Assembly: GCA_046075565.1 (NCBI GenBank)
Contig: JBJTQJ010000027.1
Location: 1-19,193 of the forward strand
Length of the DNA stretch: 19,193 bases
Source of the DNA: Verrucomicrobiales bacterium
Lineage (GTDB): Bacteria > Verrucomicrobiota > Verrucomicrobiia > Verrucomicrobiales > SLCJ01
Reading direction: 5' to 3'
Under the pieces are notes generated by a model. That model was given only the letters and a program-made list of their open reading frames with translations, made no database searches and was not told the origin of the DNA. This document shows, piece by piece, positions 1 to 8,468 of this stretch (the first letter of the stretch is position 1; the number at the start of each line of letters is the position of its first letter). The position numbers and the translations under genes are program-made.

Positions 1-58
1 GCCCCGCGCAGCCCGGCTCCTTACCCCAGCACTGAGAACCACACTGCCAAATACTCCC

Positions 59-682
59 ATGCCACATACTCTTCCTCCCCTGCCCTATGCGCTCGATGCG
101 CTTGAGCCACATATCGATGCCAAAACCATGGAAATCCACCATGGCAAACACCATCAGGCCTACATCACCAATCTGAACAATGCCATCACTGGCAAAGTCG
201 ACATCGAATCCAAGGATATCCTGGCCCTCATTGCCGACCTGTCGGCGGTGCCGGAAGACATCCGGATGGTGGTCCGCAACAACGGCGGTGGCCACGCGAA
301 CCACGCCTTCTTCTGGTCGGTTATCGGCCCCGGCGGCGGTGGCGCGCCGCAGGGAGAGCTCGCGGCGGCCATCGATCGCGATTTCGGCTCGCTCGACGCC
401 TTCAAAGAAGCTTTTGCCAAGGCCGGAGCCACCCGGTTCGGATCGGGCTGGGCCTGGCTGGTCAAGGATTCTAGCGGCAATCTTTCCGTTTGCTCCACCC
501 CGAATCAGGACAGCCCGCTCATGGGCAAAGCCGTCGCCGGATGTGAAGGCACCCCGCTGCTCGGCCTGGATGTCTGGGAACACGCCTACTATCTCAACTA
601 CCAGAACCGCCGCCCGGATTACATCGCGGCCTTCTGGAATGTCGTCCGTTGGGACGCCGTGGCTGCCAACTACGCTTCCTGA
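59..682 (+). CDS. sodA: Superoxide dismutase, Mn-type (Fe/Mn SOD family)
   Basis: 207 aa. [40 protein letters not shown] and DVWEHAYY motifs. The GGG before the second His ligand and the NQDSP Gln are the Mn-type signatures. Confidence 0.96.
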   Translation: MPHTLPPLPYALDALEPHIDAKTMEIHHGKHHQAYITNLNNAITGKVDIESKDILALIADLSAVPEDIRMVVRNNGGGHANHAFFWSVIGPGGGGAPQGELAAAIDRDFGSLDAFKEAFAKAGATRFGSGWAWLVKDSSGNLSVCSTPNQDSPLMGKAVAGCEGTPLLGLDVWEHAYYLNYQNRRPDYIAAFWNVVRWDAVAANYAS

Positions 683-699
683 ATCCATCAGGCTTCATG

Positions 700-741
700 G
701 GCGCGCGGCTCCTCCATGGGCCGCGCGCCTTTCTTTTTCTT
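700..741 (+). terminator. Rho-independent terminator of sodA
   Basis: Perfect 10-bp GC stem GGCGCGCGGC (700-709)/GCCGCGCGCC (720-729), extendable by 2 bp, followed by TTTCTTTTTCTT (730-741). Starts 17 nt after the sodA stop. Confidence 0.88.
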
Positions 742-880
742 CGCGGGAGTGGAAAAGTGGGAGAAATTGGGCGTATTGCCCGTAGAGTCCTAAACATCGA
801 AAAAAGTCCGTGACGCTTTCCCAAGCGGCATCATCCTTGCTTCCGCAGATCCCACAGAACCCAAACTACCGCCTCCCGGC

Positions 881-3607
881 ATGAGCGAAACACCCTCGCA
901 ACTCCCCGAAGCCATCGCCGCACGGCTGGAAGCATTTCGCCGCAAACTGTGGTGGATCAAAGCCGCTGAAGCCGTATTCGCCGCCTTTTTCGGCTTGCTC
1001 GCTGGCTTCCTTCTCGTTTTTTTGCTGGAACGTTTTGTCGACACCCCGGTTTGGGCGCGAGTGTTGTTGCTGGCCAGCGGCACCTCGCTGATGGCGATTT
1101 TCGCTCCCATCTGGATCCACCGGTGGCTCTGGAAACATCGCCGCTCGGACCAGTTGGCCCGTTTGGTTCGCCGGGCTCATCCGAAATTCGGGGACCGGTT
1201 GCTCGGGGCGGTCGAATTGGCCACCCAAGACGAACGCCAGACCGCGCTTTCGCCGGTTCTGCGGACGGCAGCCCTGCGCCAGATTGCGGCGGAGGCGGAA
1301 AAGCGCGGGAATTTGGAAGACGCGCTCCCCCATTCCAACCATCGTCGTTGGGGCGTCATTGTCGCGGGACTCACCGCCGCCGTCGTCGGTGGCGTCGTCT
1401 TTTCTCCCGAAGCGGGATGGAATTCCTTCCTCCGCTGGGTCCACCCGCTTGGCCACACCCCCCGCTACACCTTTACCCAACTCGAACCACTGCCCGAAAA
1501 ACTCGTCGTCGCCAAAGCCGAGCCATTTGACCTCACCTTGCGCTTGCGTGAGAGCACAAAACGGATTCCTCCCCAAGCCTCCGTCGCGGTGGGCGGGGAT
1601 TTGCCCTTTGCGGTGAAACTGGATGGGCGGAAGTATGATTTCCGCTTCGATGGGCTGCTGGGCGAGACCAAAATGAAGTTCGATGTGGGCGACGCCTCTC
1701 CATCGATGCGCATCATGCCCATGGATCGACCAGCGGTAACCAAACTCGAGGGAGAGCTTGGCTACCCCGAATACCTCGGCATTCCCATGGAAACACTCTC
1801 CCTCGAAGACGGAGCCGTCACCATGGTTGAAGGAGCCAGCGTCGCCTTGCGCGGTCGTTTGACCCGGGGCATCGCCACGGCGACCCTCACCTCGCTCGAA
1901 GGAGCCTCCGAAGATCTGCCGCCCCTCACGACCCAGGGCGCGGATTTTTACACATCCAAGCCGCTGGCCGCCGCCGCTCTGGTCCAGCCCGCCGGAGACG
2001 CTCCCCCCGGCACCATGGCCGAAGGCTCACGCAAGGTTTCCCTCGCTTTCACCGACACCGAAGGCCTCGCCGCCAAGAAACCATTCGTACTCACACTCCG
2101 CACCGTGCCGGACGCGCCTCCGAACGTTTATCTCGAAGGTGCCGAGCGCGAAGCCGCCATCCTCGAAGATGAAGTTATCGAATTCCGCGTGGTCGCGGGT
2201 GACGATTTCGGAGTCCGACGCATCGGATTCGATTGGACTGTCATCAGCGAGTCGGCTCCGTTGGCTCCCGACGCTCCGCCCACCGGCGAATCCGTGCTCG
2301 GGGAAGGAGCTGCCGTCGCTCGCCGTCTCGAAAGCCCGGCGGTCTTTTCACCGGAATTGTTGAAGCTCGGTCCGCAAATCCTGCGCGTGCGGGCTTGGGC
2401 TGAGGACTTCAAGCCCGATCGTCCACGTTCCTACAGCGAACCGATTCTGGTGGTGATTCTTGATCGTTCCGAACACGCGGAAATGTTGCGCCGCCGCTTC
2501 GGCCAGATCATGGATGCCTTGGAAGAACTCTCCCGCCGCGAGGAAACCGACCACGAAGAGAACCGCCGCCTGGACAACTTGGAAGCTGAGAAAATGAAGG
2601 ACCCGAAAGCGCTCGAGCGGCTCGCCGAGCAACTGGGCGCGGAACAAAAAAATCGCGGTGACATGGAACGCCTCGATGAAATGGCCAAGGAGTTGTTCCG
2701 TGATGCGCTCCGCAATAAGAACATGGACGCGGAAACCATGAAAGGTTGGTCCGAAATGCTCAAGAACTTCGACGAACTCGCCAAGCAGGACATGCCGAAA
2801 GTCGAAGAGAAACTGGGCGAAGCCGCAAATTCAGAGGCGAATCCTCCGCAAAAGCAAGACCAGGCGATGAAGGAAGCGGTCGAGAAACAAAAGGAAGTGC
2901 TCGAAAAAATGCGCGAGGCCATGCGCCAAGCCAACCGTGTCGAGCAGAATATGGAAGCCGGCACCTTCGTGAACCGCCTCCGCTCTGCTGCCAAAACCAC
3001 CAAAAGCCTCGCGGGCAACCTGCGCGAATCCATTCTGCGCGGCGTCACCCAAGGCGGACCGACCCGCACCGCGGGCGTGGAAGCGGATGCTCTCGAGAAA
3101 GATGACTTCGCGGGTTTGCAGGACACCGCCAAACGCCAGGATAAGACACGCGTCGAACTCTCCGCCCTTCAGGAAGACTTCGGCCACTTCCACCGCCGCA
3201 CCGGCAAAGAGATCTACGACGAAATCCGTCGCGAGATGGATGATGCGAAAACCAGTGATAACTTCGATCGTTTGGCCCAGCAGATCCGGAAGAACTGGGC
3301 CGGACGCACCACGCCCGAGTTGTTATCCTGGGCGGATCGATTGAATGCATGGGCCGATAAACTTGATCCCAAGAAAGACGCTGGCGGTGGCGGCGGGGGT
3401 GGCGGTGGCGGTGGCGGCGGGGAATCCGACGTCGAACTCATGCTGCGCCTTCTGCGCTTCGTGCAACAAACCCAAGATATCCAGGGTCAAACGCGTCGCG
3501 TCGAGCGCGGTCGCGAAGAACTCGGTGCCCCATCTGAGCAGCCGGCCCCTCCCGCCCCGGCTCCCTCCCCGGCGCCGCCTCCCGCGCCGGATAACAACCC
3601 GACCTGA
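881..3607 (+). CDS. Large membrane-anchored DUF4175-like protein (3 N-terminal TM segments, beta-rich Ig-like region, long coiled-coil region)
   Basis: 908 aa ORF. Hydrophobic segments at ~aa 28-50, 57-80 and 157-174. PKFGDRLLGAVEL, PDAPPNV and GDDFGV motifs resemble DUF4175-like proteins of PVC MoxR/vWA clusters. E/K/Q/M-rich helical C-half with a Gly13 tract and Pro-rich tail. Confidence 0.8.
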   Translation: MSETPSQLPEAIAARLEAFRRKLWWIKAAEAVFAAFFGLLAGFLLVFLLERFVDTPVWARVLLLASGTSLMAIFAPIWIHRWLWKHRRSDQLARLVRRAHPKFGDRLLGAVELATQDERQTALSPVLRTAALRQIAAEAEKRGNLEDALPHSNHRRWGVIVAGLTAAVVGGVVFSPEAGWNSFLRWVHPLGHTPRYTFTQLEPLPEKLVVAKAEPFDLTLRLRESTKRIPPQASVAVGGDLPFAVKLDGRKYDFRFDGLLGETKMKFDVGDASPSMRIMPMDRPAVTKLEGELGYPEYLGIPMETLSLEDGAVTMVEGASVALRGRLTRGIATATLTSLEGASEDLPPLTTQGADFYTSKPLAAAALVQPAGDAPPGTMAEGSRKVSLAFTDTEGLAAKKPFVLTLRTVPDAPPNVYLEGAEREAAILEDEVIEFRVVAGDDFGVRRIGFDWTVISESAPLAPDAPPTGESVLGEGAAVARRLESPAVFSPELLKLGPQILRVRAWAEDFKPDRPRSYSEPILVVILDRSEHAEMLRRRFGQIMDALEELSRREETDHEENRRLDNLEAEKMKDPKALERLAEQLGAEQKNRGDMERLDEMAKELFRDALRNKNMDAETMKGWSEMLKNFDELAKQDMPKVEEKLGEAANSEANPPQKQDQAMKEAVEKQKEVLEKMREAMRQANRVEQNMEAGTFVNRLRSAAKTTKSLAGNLRESILRGVTQGGPTRTAGVEADALEKDDFAGLQDTAKRQDKTRVELSALQEDFGHFHRRTGKEIYDEIRREMDDAKTSDNFDRLAQQIRKNWAGRTTPELLSWADRLNAWADKLDPKKDAGGGGGGGGGGGGGESDVELMLRLLRFVQQTQDIQGQTRRVERGREELGAPSEQPAPPAPAPSPAPPPAPDNNPT
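3383..3421 (+). repeat. Poly-glycine tract (13 GGN codons)
   Basis: ggcggtggcggcgggggtggcggtggcggtggcggcggg, in frame within the 908-aa ORF. Confidence 0.95.
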
Positions 3608-3625
3608 ACCCATTTCACCACGCCC

Positions 3626-4453
3626 ATGAGCAGCCCCCTTGTTAGAATTTTCGGGATGATGGTTCCGTTCGCCTTCTTGGCCGGATCCGGTATTGCCGAC
3701 GAACCACCAGCAACCGCCGCTGCCGATCCGAAGGCGCGTATCGCCGAGCTCAACGAAAGGACCCTCGGTCTCGCCAAACGAATGGATGATCTTTCCGCCG
3801 AAGCTCAGGATCTGGCATGGAACCATACCAACCCGAAACTCGCGGAATTCCTCAAGGAAATCGACGATGCCATGCTCGATGCCCGCGATTTGCTGGAAGT
3901 CCAGAAAACCGGCGGCGAGACCGTGGCCGCCCAACAGGATGTGCTCGAGAAGATTTACGAGGCCGCGAAAAAGGCCGCGCAGAATTCCTCCCAACAACAG
4001 CAGCAACAACAGCCCCAGCCGGGAGAAGGCCAGCAGCCCGGAGAAGGACAACAGCCAGGGCAACCCGGACAGGGACAGCCTGGCCAAGGACAACCGGGGC
4101 AGGGTCAACCTGGTCAAGGTCAGCCCGGCGAACAGAGCGAATCCGAAAGCATGAATGCCATGCTGAAAATGATGGAACAAATGCTTGGCATCACACCAAC
4201 CGAACAACCGGGTCAACAGGGCGGCCAGCCCGGCGGTGATCAACCCGGGGATGGTAATCGTAATGGACCCGGCATCGGCGACGATGATCCCTTGCGCGGT
4301 CGCGCGAATAAAGGCATGACCGAAGAACGCACTGTGCCTCGCGCCGCCGGAAATCCCTCCGGCCTCGTGCCATCCGAATACCGTGGCCCGATGGAATCTT
4401 TCCGCAAAGCCCTGGACGAACTTGAAATCGAAGAAGCCCGCGGCAACCGCTGA
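3626..4453 (+). CDS. Secreted helical protein with Gln/Gly/Pro-rich linker (resembles the C-terminal module of DUF4175-like proteins)
   Basis: 275 aa, 18 nt after the upstream stop. Signal-peptide-like N-terminus (RIFGMMVPFAFLAGSGIA), helical domain, Q7 + QPGQG repeats, C-terminal VPSEYRGPMESFRKAL helix. Confidence 0.8.
   Translation: MSSPLVRIFGMMVPFAFLAGSGIADEPPATAAADPKARIAELNERTLGLAKRMDDLSAEAQDLAWNHTNPKLAEFLKEIDDAMLDARDLLEVQKTGGETVAAQQDVLEKIYEAAKKAAQNSSQQQQQQQPQPGEGQQPGEGQQPGQPGQGQPGQGQPGQGQPGQGQPGEQSESESMNAMLKMMEQMLGITPTEQPGQQGGQPGGDQPGDGNRNGPGIGDDDPLRGRANKGMTEERTVPRAAGNPSGLVPSEYRGPMESFRKALDELEIEEARGNR
3992..4135 (+). repeat. Coding low-complexity repeat: Q7, two (Q)QPGEG units, five 15-nt QPG(Q/E)(G/Q) units
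   Basis: 15-nt units at 4061, 4076, 4091, 4106 and 4121: caacccggacaggga / cagcctggccaagga / caaccggggcagggt / caacctggtcaaggt / cagcccggcgaacag. Confidence 0.9.
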
Positions 4454-4466
4454 GCACCCTCTCAAG

Positions 4467-5477
4467 ATGAAGCCCTTTCGTTATCTATTTCTCACTCTCC
4501 TTGCCACCACTTCCGTTTCCGGACCTTCGCATCTTTCCGCCCAATCGGTGGGGCCGGAATTGACGGCCGAAGAAGCCATTCCTCCCGCAGTGGATCCTAT
4601 GTATGTGCGGGGCATCCGTTATCTTGCCAGCACGCAGCAGCCTGATGGTAGCTGGTCGGATGGATACGGCACCCAACCCGGCGTGGTGGCTTTGGCGGTT
4701 GCCGCGATCCTCGGGCACGGCGATGACCCGAACAGCGGTCCATACGCCACGACCATCCGCAAGGGGCTCGAATTCATCATCTCCCAACAGAACAAGGACT
4801 CGGGCTATATCGGCAGTTCGATGTACAATCACGGATTCGCCACCATGGTGCTTGGCGAAGCCTATGGCGAGGTGGACATGCCAGGACTCGGCCCGGCCCT
4901 TCAGAAAGCGGTTGATTGTGCATTGAACTCACAGAAGAACAATCGCCACGGGGCTTGGCGTTACGGCCCGGACAGCCGCGATGCTGACACTTCGGTTTCC
5001 GGAGCGGTAATCGTCGGACTCTATTCGGCGCGCAACGCCGGCCTCGCCGTTCCCGATCAGGCCTTCGAGCGTGCTCTCGGCTATTTCGACAAAATGCGCG
5101 CCTCTTCCGGCGGCTATGGATACACGAGCGCCAGTTCCCCCAACTACAACCGCACGGCCATCGGCGTGCTGGCTTTCTGCCTGGCGCGCCAGAAAGACAA
5201 ACCCCATGTCGCCGAGAGCGTCAAATTCCTCAGCCAGAACCTCAACTATCGCGATAGCTCGTATCCCTACTACTTCGAATACTACATGTCGCAAGCGCTT
5301 TTCCAAGCCGACCTCGAGTTGTGGCAGAAGTGGAATGCATTCAATATCAAATACCTTTCCACCATCCAATCTCCCGATGGCTCGTGGCCGGGCAGCAAGG
5401 GCACGGCATTCAACACTTCGGCAGCCCTATTGTCCCTCGCCCTCAACTACCGCTTCCTGCCAATCTATGAACGCTGA
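4467..5477 (+). CDS. Secreted prenyltransferase/squalene oxidase repeat (QW-motif) alpha/alpha-barrel protein
   Basis: QW-type repeats YLASTQQPDGSW, FIISQQNKDSGY, LNSQKNNRHGAW, FDKMRASSGGY, YLSTIQSPDGSW. ATG 4467 (336 aa) chosen over GTG 4383 because it avoids overlap with the upstream gene and begins a signal peptide (MKPFRYLFLTLLATT...LSAQ). Confidence 0.88.
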   Translation: MKPFRYLFLTLLATTSVSGPSHLSAQSVGPELTAEEAIPPAVDPMYVRGIRYLASTQQPDGSWSDGYGTQPGVVALAVAAILGHGDDPNSGPYATTIRKGLEFIISQQNKDSGYIGSSMYNHGFATMVLGEAYGEVDMPGLGPALQKAVDCALNSQKNNRHGAWRYGPDSRDADTSVSGAVIVGLYSARNAGLAVPDQAFERALGYFDKMRASSGGYGYTSASSPNYNRTAIGVLAFCLARQKDKPHVAESVKFLSQNLNYRDSSYPYYFEYYMSQALFQADLELWQKWNAFNIKYLSTIQSPDGSWPGSKGTAFNTSAALLSLALNYRFLPIYER

Positions 5478-7062
5478 TTCCCGAACCCGACGGGCCTACC
5501 TGCGCACTTTTCCGCGCTTCGCCCTCGCCTGCGTCTTTGTCGCTCCGGTCGTCAGTGCCAGCGAAACGGACGGGCGGATGCAAGAAGTGCACTTGACCAG
5601 CGGGGCGAAGTTGATCGGGGAAGTGAAAGGCCACCAACCCGATGGGGAATGGGTGTTGGCAAGTCCGGATGCCCTCGACCCGGTTCGTCTCAAGCCTGAA
5701 GCCGTGCAAACCATTTCCGTGCTCGCCGGAGGTGATCCCGCGGAGAACCAGCCCGCCGCCACCCTCGTTTTCCTCTCGGGAAATCGTATCCCGGCCGATA
5801 TCGTTTCTTTCGATGGATCCGCCTTCGAAGTGCGGGTGCCCTGGGCCACCGAATCGCGCTCGGTACCGTGGAAATGCTTGCAGCGTGTGGTCTTCGCCGA
5901 GTCCGGAGCCAAACGCATCTTCGCCGGCCCCTCGCCGGATCAGAAGTGGCAGTTCACCCTCGGTCCGAATCACGGCAATAGGGAGGCCGAAGAAGAAAAT
6001 GATGAATCAACAAAACGCGGGACCTGGAGGTTGGAGGACGGAGCTTTGACCGCCGATGGCCCGGGGAGCGCTTCGGTGGATGCGAATCTTTCCGATCAAG
6101 TTTCCATTACCTACGATCTGGAGTGGACGGGTATGCTCAGCATGTCCATGGGGATGTTCAGTGATTCGTTTCTCCCATTTGACAAGGAGCAAGCGGATGG
6201 CCCGACTGTCGCGGCCACCGCTGCCAAAAATGGAGAAGTAATTCCCCTCAGGGAAGGGATTGCCATCGACCTCAACCAGCATTCTGTTATTCTTCGTGCC
6301 CATTCTCCCGAGCAAGGTCAGGACATGCTGGGCAGCGGACAATTGCCCGCGGAACTCCGCGCCCGCACCCATGCCCGTGTGACCGTGCGCATCGACCGCG
6401 CCGCCGGGCTTTGCGGGGTGTGGTTCGGTGACAAGCTTGTGCAGAAGTGGACCGAATTGGGTAACCTTGGCGGGGCAGGTAAAGGCCTTTCCTTCTGGCA
6501 GCATCACAACAATGGCACGGTCGACATTCGCCGTCTGGTTGTTCGCACTTGGAATGGAAAATTCGAGGAAGAAGCACCCGCCGCGGAAGAAGAACGTGAT
6601 ATTCTGGCGGCAGCGGACGGCACCCGGATCACCGGCAAACTCGGAGCCATGAAGTCCGGACAATTCGCCATGGAAACATCCGTGGGACCCATCGACGTCC
6701 CCATGGGCGAACTCCGCCACCTCGTGCGCGCCACCGGCAAAGAGGAGAAGTCGGAAAAGAACAAACCAGTGGGCGCGACGATCACACTTGCCGCGGGCAC
6801 CGGTCGCTTCCATGTCGAAGGATTCCGTGTGGAGTCGGACGGTCGGCTTTTTATCGGTCGCCACGCCGAGTTGGGCGAGCTTTCCTTGCCTGCCGCTGAA
6901 GTGGACTCGGTGGATTTCCGCCCGGATGGCGAATCCGATAAAGACGCCGGGGCATCGGTTCGCAAATCCGTCCCTGGCCGGCAGATCATTTTGCCCGGCG
7001 TGCGGGGCAACCCCGGCGCTCGCCAAATCATCCCCCTGCAAATACCTGGATTGAAGAAATGA
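5467..7062 (+). CDS. Secreted hypothetical protein, paralogue A (four ~47-aa beta repeats flanking a ConA/DUF1080-like beta-sandwich)
   Basis: ATG 5467 (531 aa) overlaps the previous gene's end by 11 nt and gives a signal peptide (RFALACVFVAPVVSA). The 5071 start would overlap the barrel gene by ~400 nt. Domain pattern is shared with the two downstream genes. Confidence 0.8.
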   Translation: MNADSRTRRAYLRTFPRFALACVFVAPVVSASETDGRMQEVHLTSGAKLIGEVKGHQPDGEWVLASPDALDPVRLKPEAVQTISVLAGGDPAENQPAATLVFLSGNRIPADIVSFDGSAFEVRVPWATESRSVPWKCLQRVVFAESGAKRIFAGPSPDQKWQFTLGPNHGNREAEEENDESTKRGTWRLEDGALTADGPGSASVDANLSDQVSITYDLEWTGMLSMSMGMFSDSFLPFDKEQADGPTVAATAAKNGEVIPLREGIAIDLNQHSVILRAHSPEQGQDMLGSGQLPAELRARTHARVTVRIDRAAGLCGVWFGDKLVQKWTELGNLGGAGKGLSFWQHHNNGTVDIRRLVVRTWNGKFEEEAPAAEEERDILAAADGTRITGKLGAMKSGQFAMETSVGPIDVPMGELRHLVRATGKEEKSEKNKPVGATITLAAGTGRFHVEGFRVESDGRLFIGRHAELGELSLPAAEVDSVDFRPDGESDKDAGASVRKSVPGRQIILPGVRGNPGARQIIPLQIPGLKK

Positions 7063-8468
7063 ATCGTTCACTTATTCAGAGTTGTCTTCTCTTTCCCCTC
7101 CTCGCGGGTTCATTCCTCCGGGCCGAGGCCTTGCTCGATTTCGGTGATGGGAATTTCCTCCGCGGAAAGCCCATCGAACTCCGCGATGGCAACTGGCGCT
7201 GGCAGCACGGCCTCACGGGCAGCGAAATGGGGTTTCCCACAGGCAAGATCAAGAGAATCCTTTTCTCTTCCAAGTCATCACCCAATCCGAAAGGCGATAT
7301 TCTTCTTCTCGACAATGGTGACATCGTCTCCGGCAGTATCCAGACGCTCGACGACAGCCAACTTACCATCGTCTCGCCGGTGCTCGGTGAAATCAAATTG
7401 GATCGAAGGCGCCTGCGCACCGCCCGGCTAGCCCCCAGCACCGGCTCCACCGTTTTCCGAGACGAGGGGGATCTGAAGAACTGGACATTAACAGAAAAGG
7501 CGGCGGCCGAGGAATGGACATCAGCCAATGGTGTGCTTAGCTACCAAGGCAAAGGCCATGGCCAGATCCTCGCGCGCGATGCGAAACTTCCGCCCTCGGC
7601 CGACATTTCATTTGAGATGGCATGGGACAACGAAAAAGCCGACGAAAGTGGTTTCGGAACAGTCTTTTCCCTGGTTATTGGCGGAAGCGATGTCGAGGGT
7701 TCCAGCGGGGCCGGTTGTTACAAACTCCAATTCGCCAGAAGCTGGGCCACTGTTGAACGCGAATACGGAACCGATTCCGGGCGTTCATCCAATACCCTGG
7801 GGCGGTTCCAGTTGCACAAATTCCGCGACCTCGGTCCCACCGTGCGGGTCCGGGTGGTGCTTGATCGTCCACGCAAGAAAATCCATGTCTTTTTCGATGA
7901 CCGCTCGGCCGGTGTCGTCACCGACGATTCATCTGAGGAACTCAAAGGCACATGGTTCGGCTTTCAGACGAATGGGGTGGGAAACTTCCGGGTGCGCCGC
8001 TTGCAGGTCGAAGCTTGGAATGGTTTTCTGGGGAATAAACTGGCGACCACTTCCAAATCAATCGTCTCCAAGGACCTCGTGATCACCGCGCCGGATGGCG
8101 ACGAGATTTTTGGGAAAATCAACGCCATCCGTGAGGAAGCAGGCCGCGGCCGTGTGGTCGAGACGGCCGTGGCCGTGAACCAATCGAAACCGCTGGTGAT
8201 TCCCGTGAATCGCATCGCCCATCTTTCCTTCGCGGCCTCCGGAGAAGCCGCTCCGGCGCCGGAAAAGACTTCCACGCTTTCTCTGGACGATGGCACCAAA
8301 GTCGCCATCCATCTCACCGCTGTCGATGCCGATGGCCTCCACGCGGACTTTTATGGCAGAAAAGATGTCCGCATTCCCCTGGATCGTGTGCTCAGCATCG
8401 AATTCCCTGGCGTGCATGGAAAGAAGGCCCAGGATGAGAACGAAAACCCACCCGAAGAAGAAGAATGA
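7059..8468 (+). CDS. Secreted hypothetical protein, paralogue B (same architecture)
   Basis: 469 aa, ATGA overlap with the upstream stop. Signal peptide MNRSLIQSCLLFPLLAGSFLRA. Repeats such as ILLLDNGDIVSGSIQTLDD...GEIKLDRRRL. Central domain ends RRLQVEAWNG. Confidence 0.85.
   Translation: MNRSLIQSCLLFPLLAGSFLRAEALLDFGDGNFLRGKPIELRDGNWRWQHGLTGSEMGFPTGKIKRILFSSKSSPNPKGDILLLDNGDIVSGSIQTLDDSQLTIVSPVLGEIKLDRRRLRTARLAPSTGSTVFRDEGDLKNWTLTEKAAAEEWTSANGVLSYQGKGHGQILARDAKLPPSADISFEMAWDNEKADESGFGTVFSLVIGGSDVEGSSGAGCYKLQFARSWATVEREYGTDSGRSSNTLGRFQLHKFRDLGPTVRVRVVLDRPRKKIHVFFDDRSAGVVTDDSSEELKGTWFGFQTNGVGNFRVRRLQVEAWNGFLGNKLATTSKSIVSKDLVITAPDGDEIFGKINAIREEAGRGRVVETAVAVNQSKPLVIPVNRIAHLSFAASGEAAPAPEKTSTLSLDDGTKVAIHLTAVDADGLHADFYGRKDVRIPLDRVLSIEFPGVHGKKAQDENENPPEEEE

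Noticed and set aside
4021-4135. Possible CRISPR or DNA-level tandem array
   Set aside because: Units are in-frame codon repeats with synonymous variation and no spacers. No cas genes are present.
3323-4465. 380-aa minus-strand ORF, and similar long antisense ORFs at 6007-7071, 12801-13976, 16126-17319 and 18026-19135
   Set aside because: They lie antisense to well-supported genes, have no recognisable motifs, and are the expected shadow ORFs of GC-rich coding DNA.
4383-4466. GTG start for the QW-barrel gene
   Set aside because: It overlaps the upstream gene by 71 nt and buries the signal peptide. ATG 4467 is more plausible.
5071-5466. 132-aa N-terminal extension of paralogue A in the ORF track
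   Set aside because: It overlaps the QW-barrel gene in another frame and is S/T/R/P-rich junk. ATG 5467 gives a signal peptide and matches paralogues B and C.
4467-5477. Squalene-hopene cyclase (shc) or terpene biosynthetic cluster
   Set aside because: Half the expected length, exported, no DxDD motif, and no hpn or isoprenoid genes nearby.
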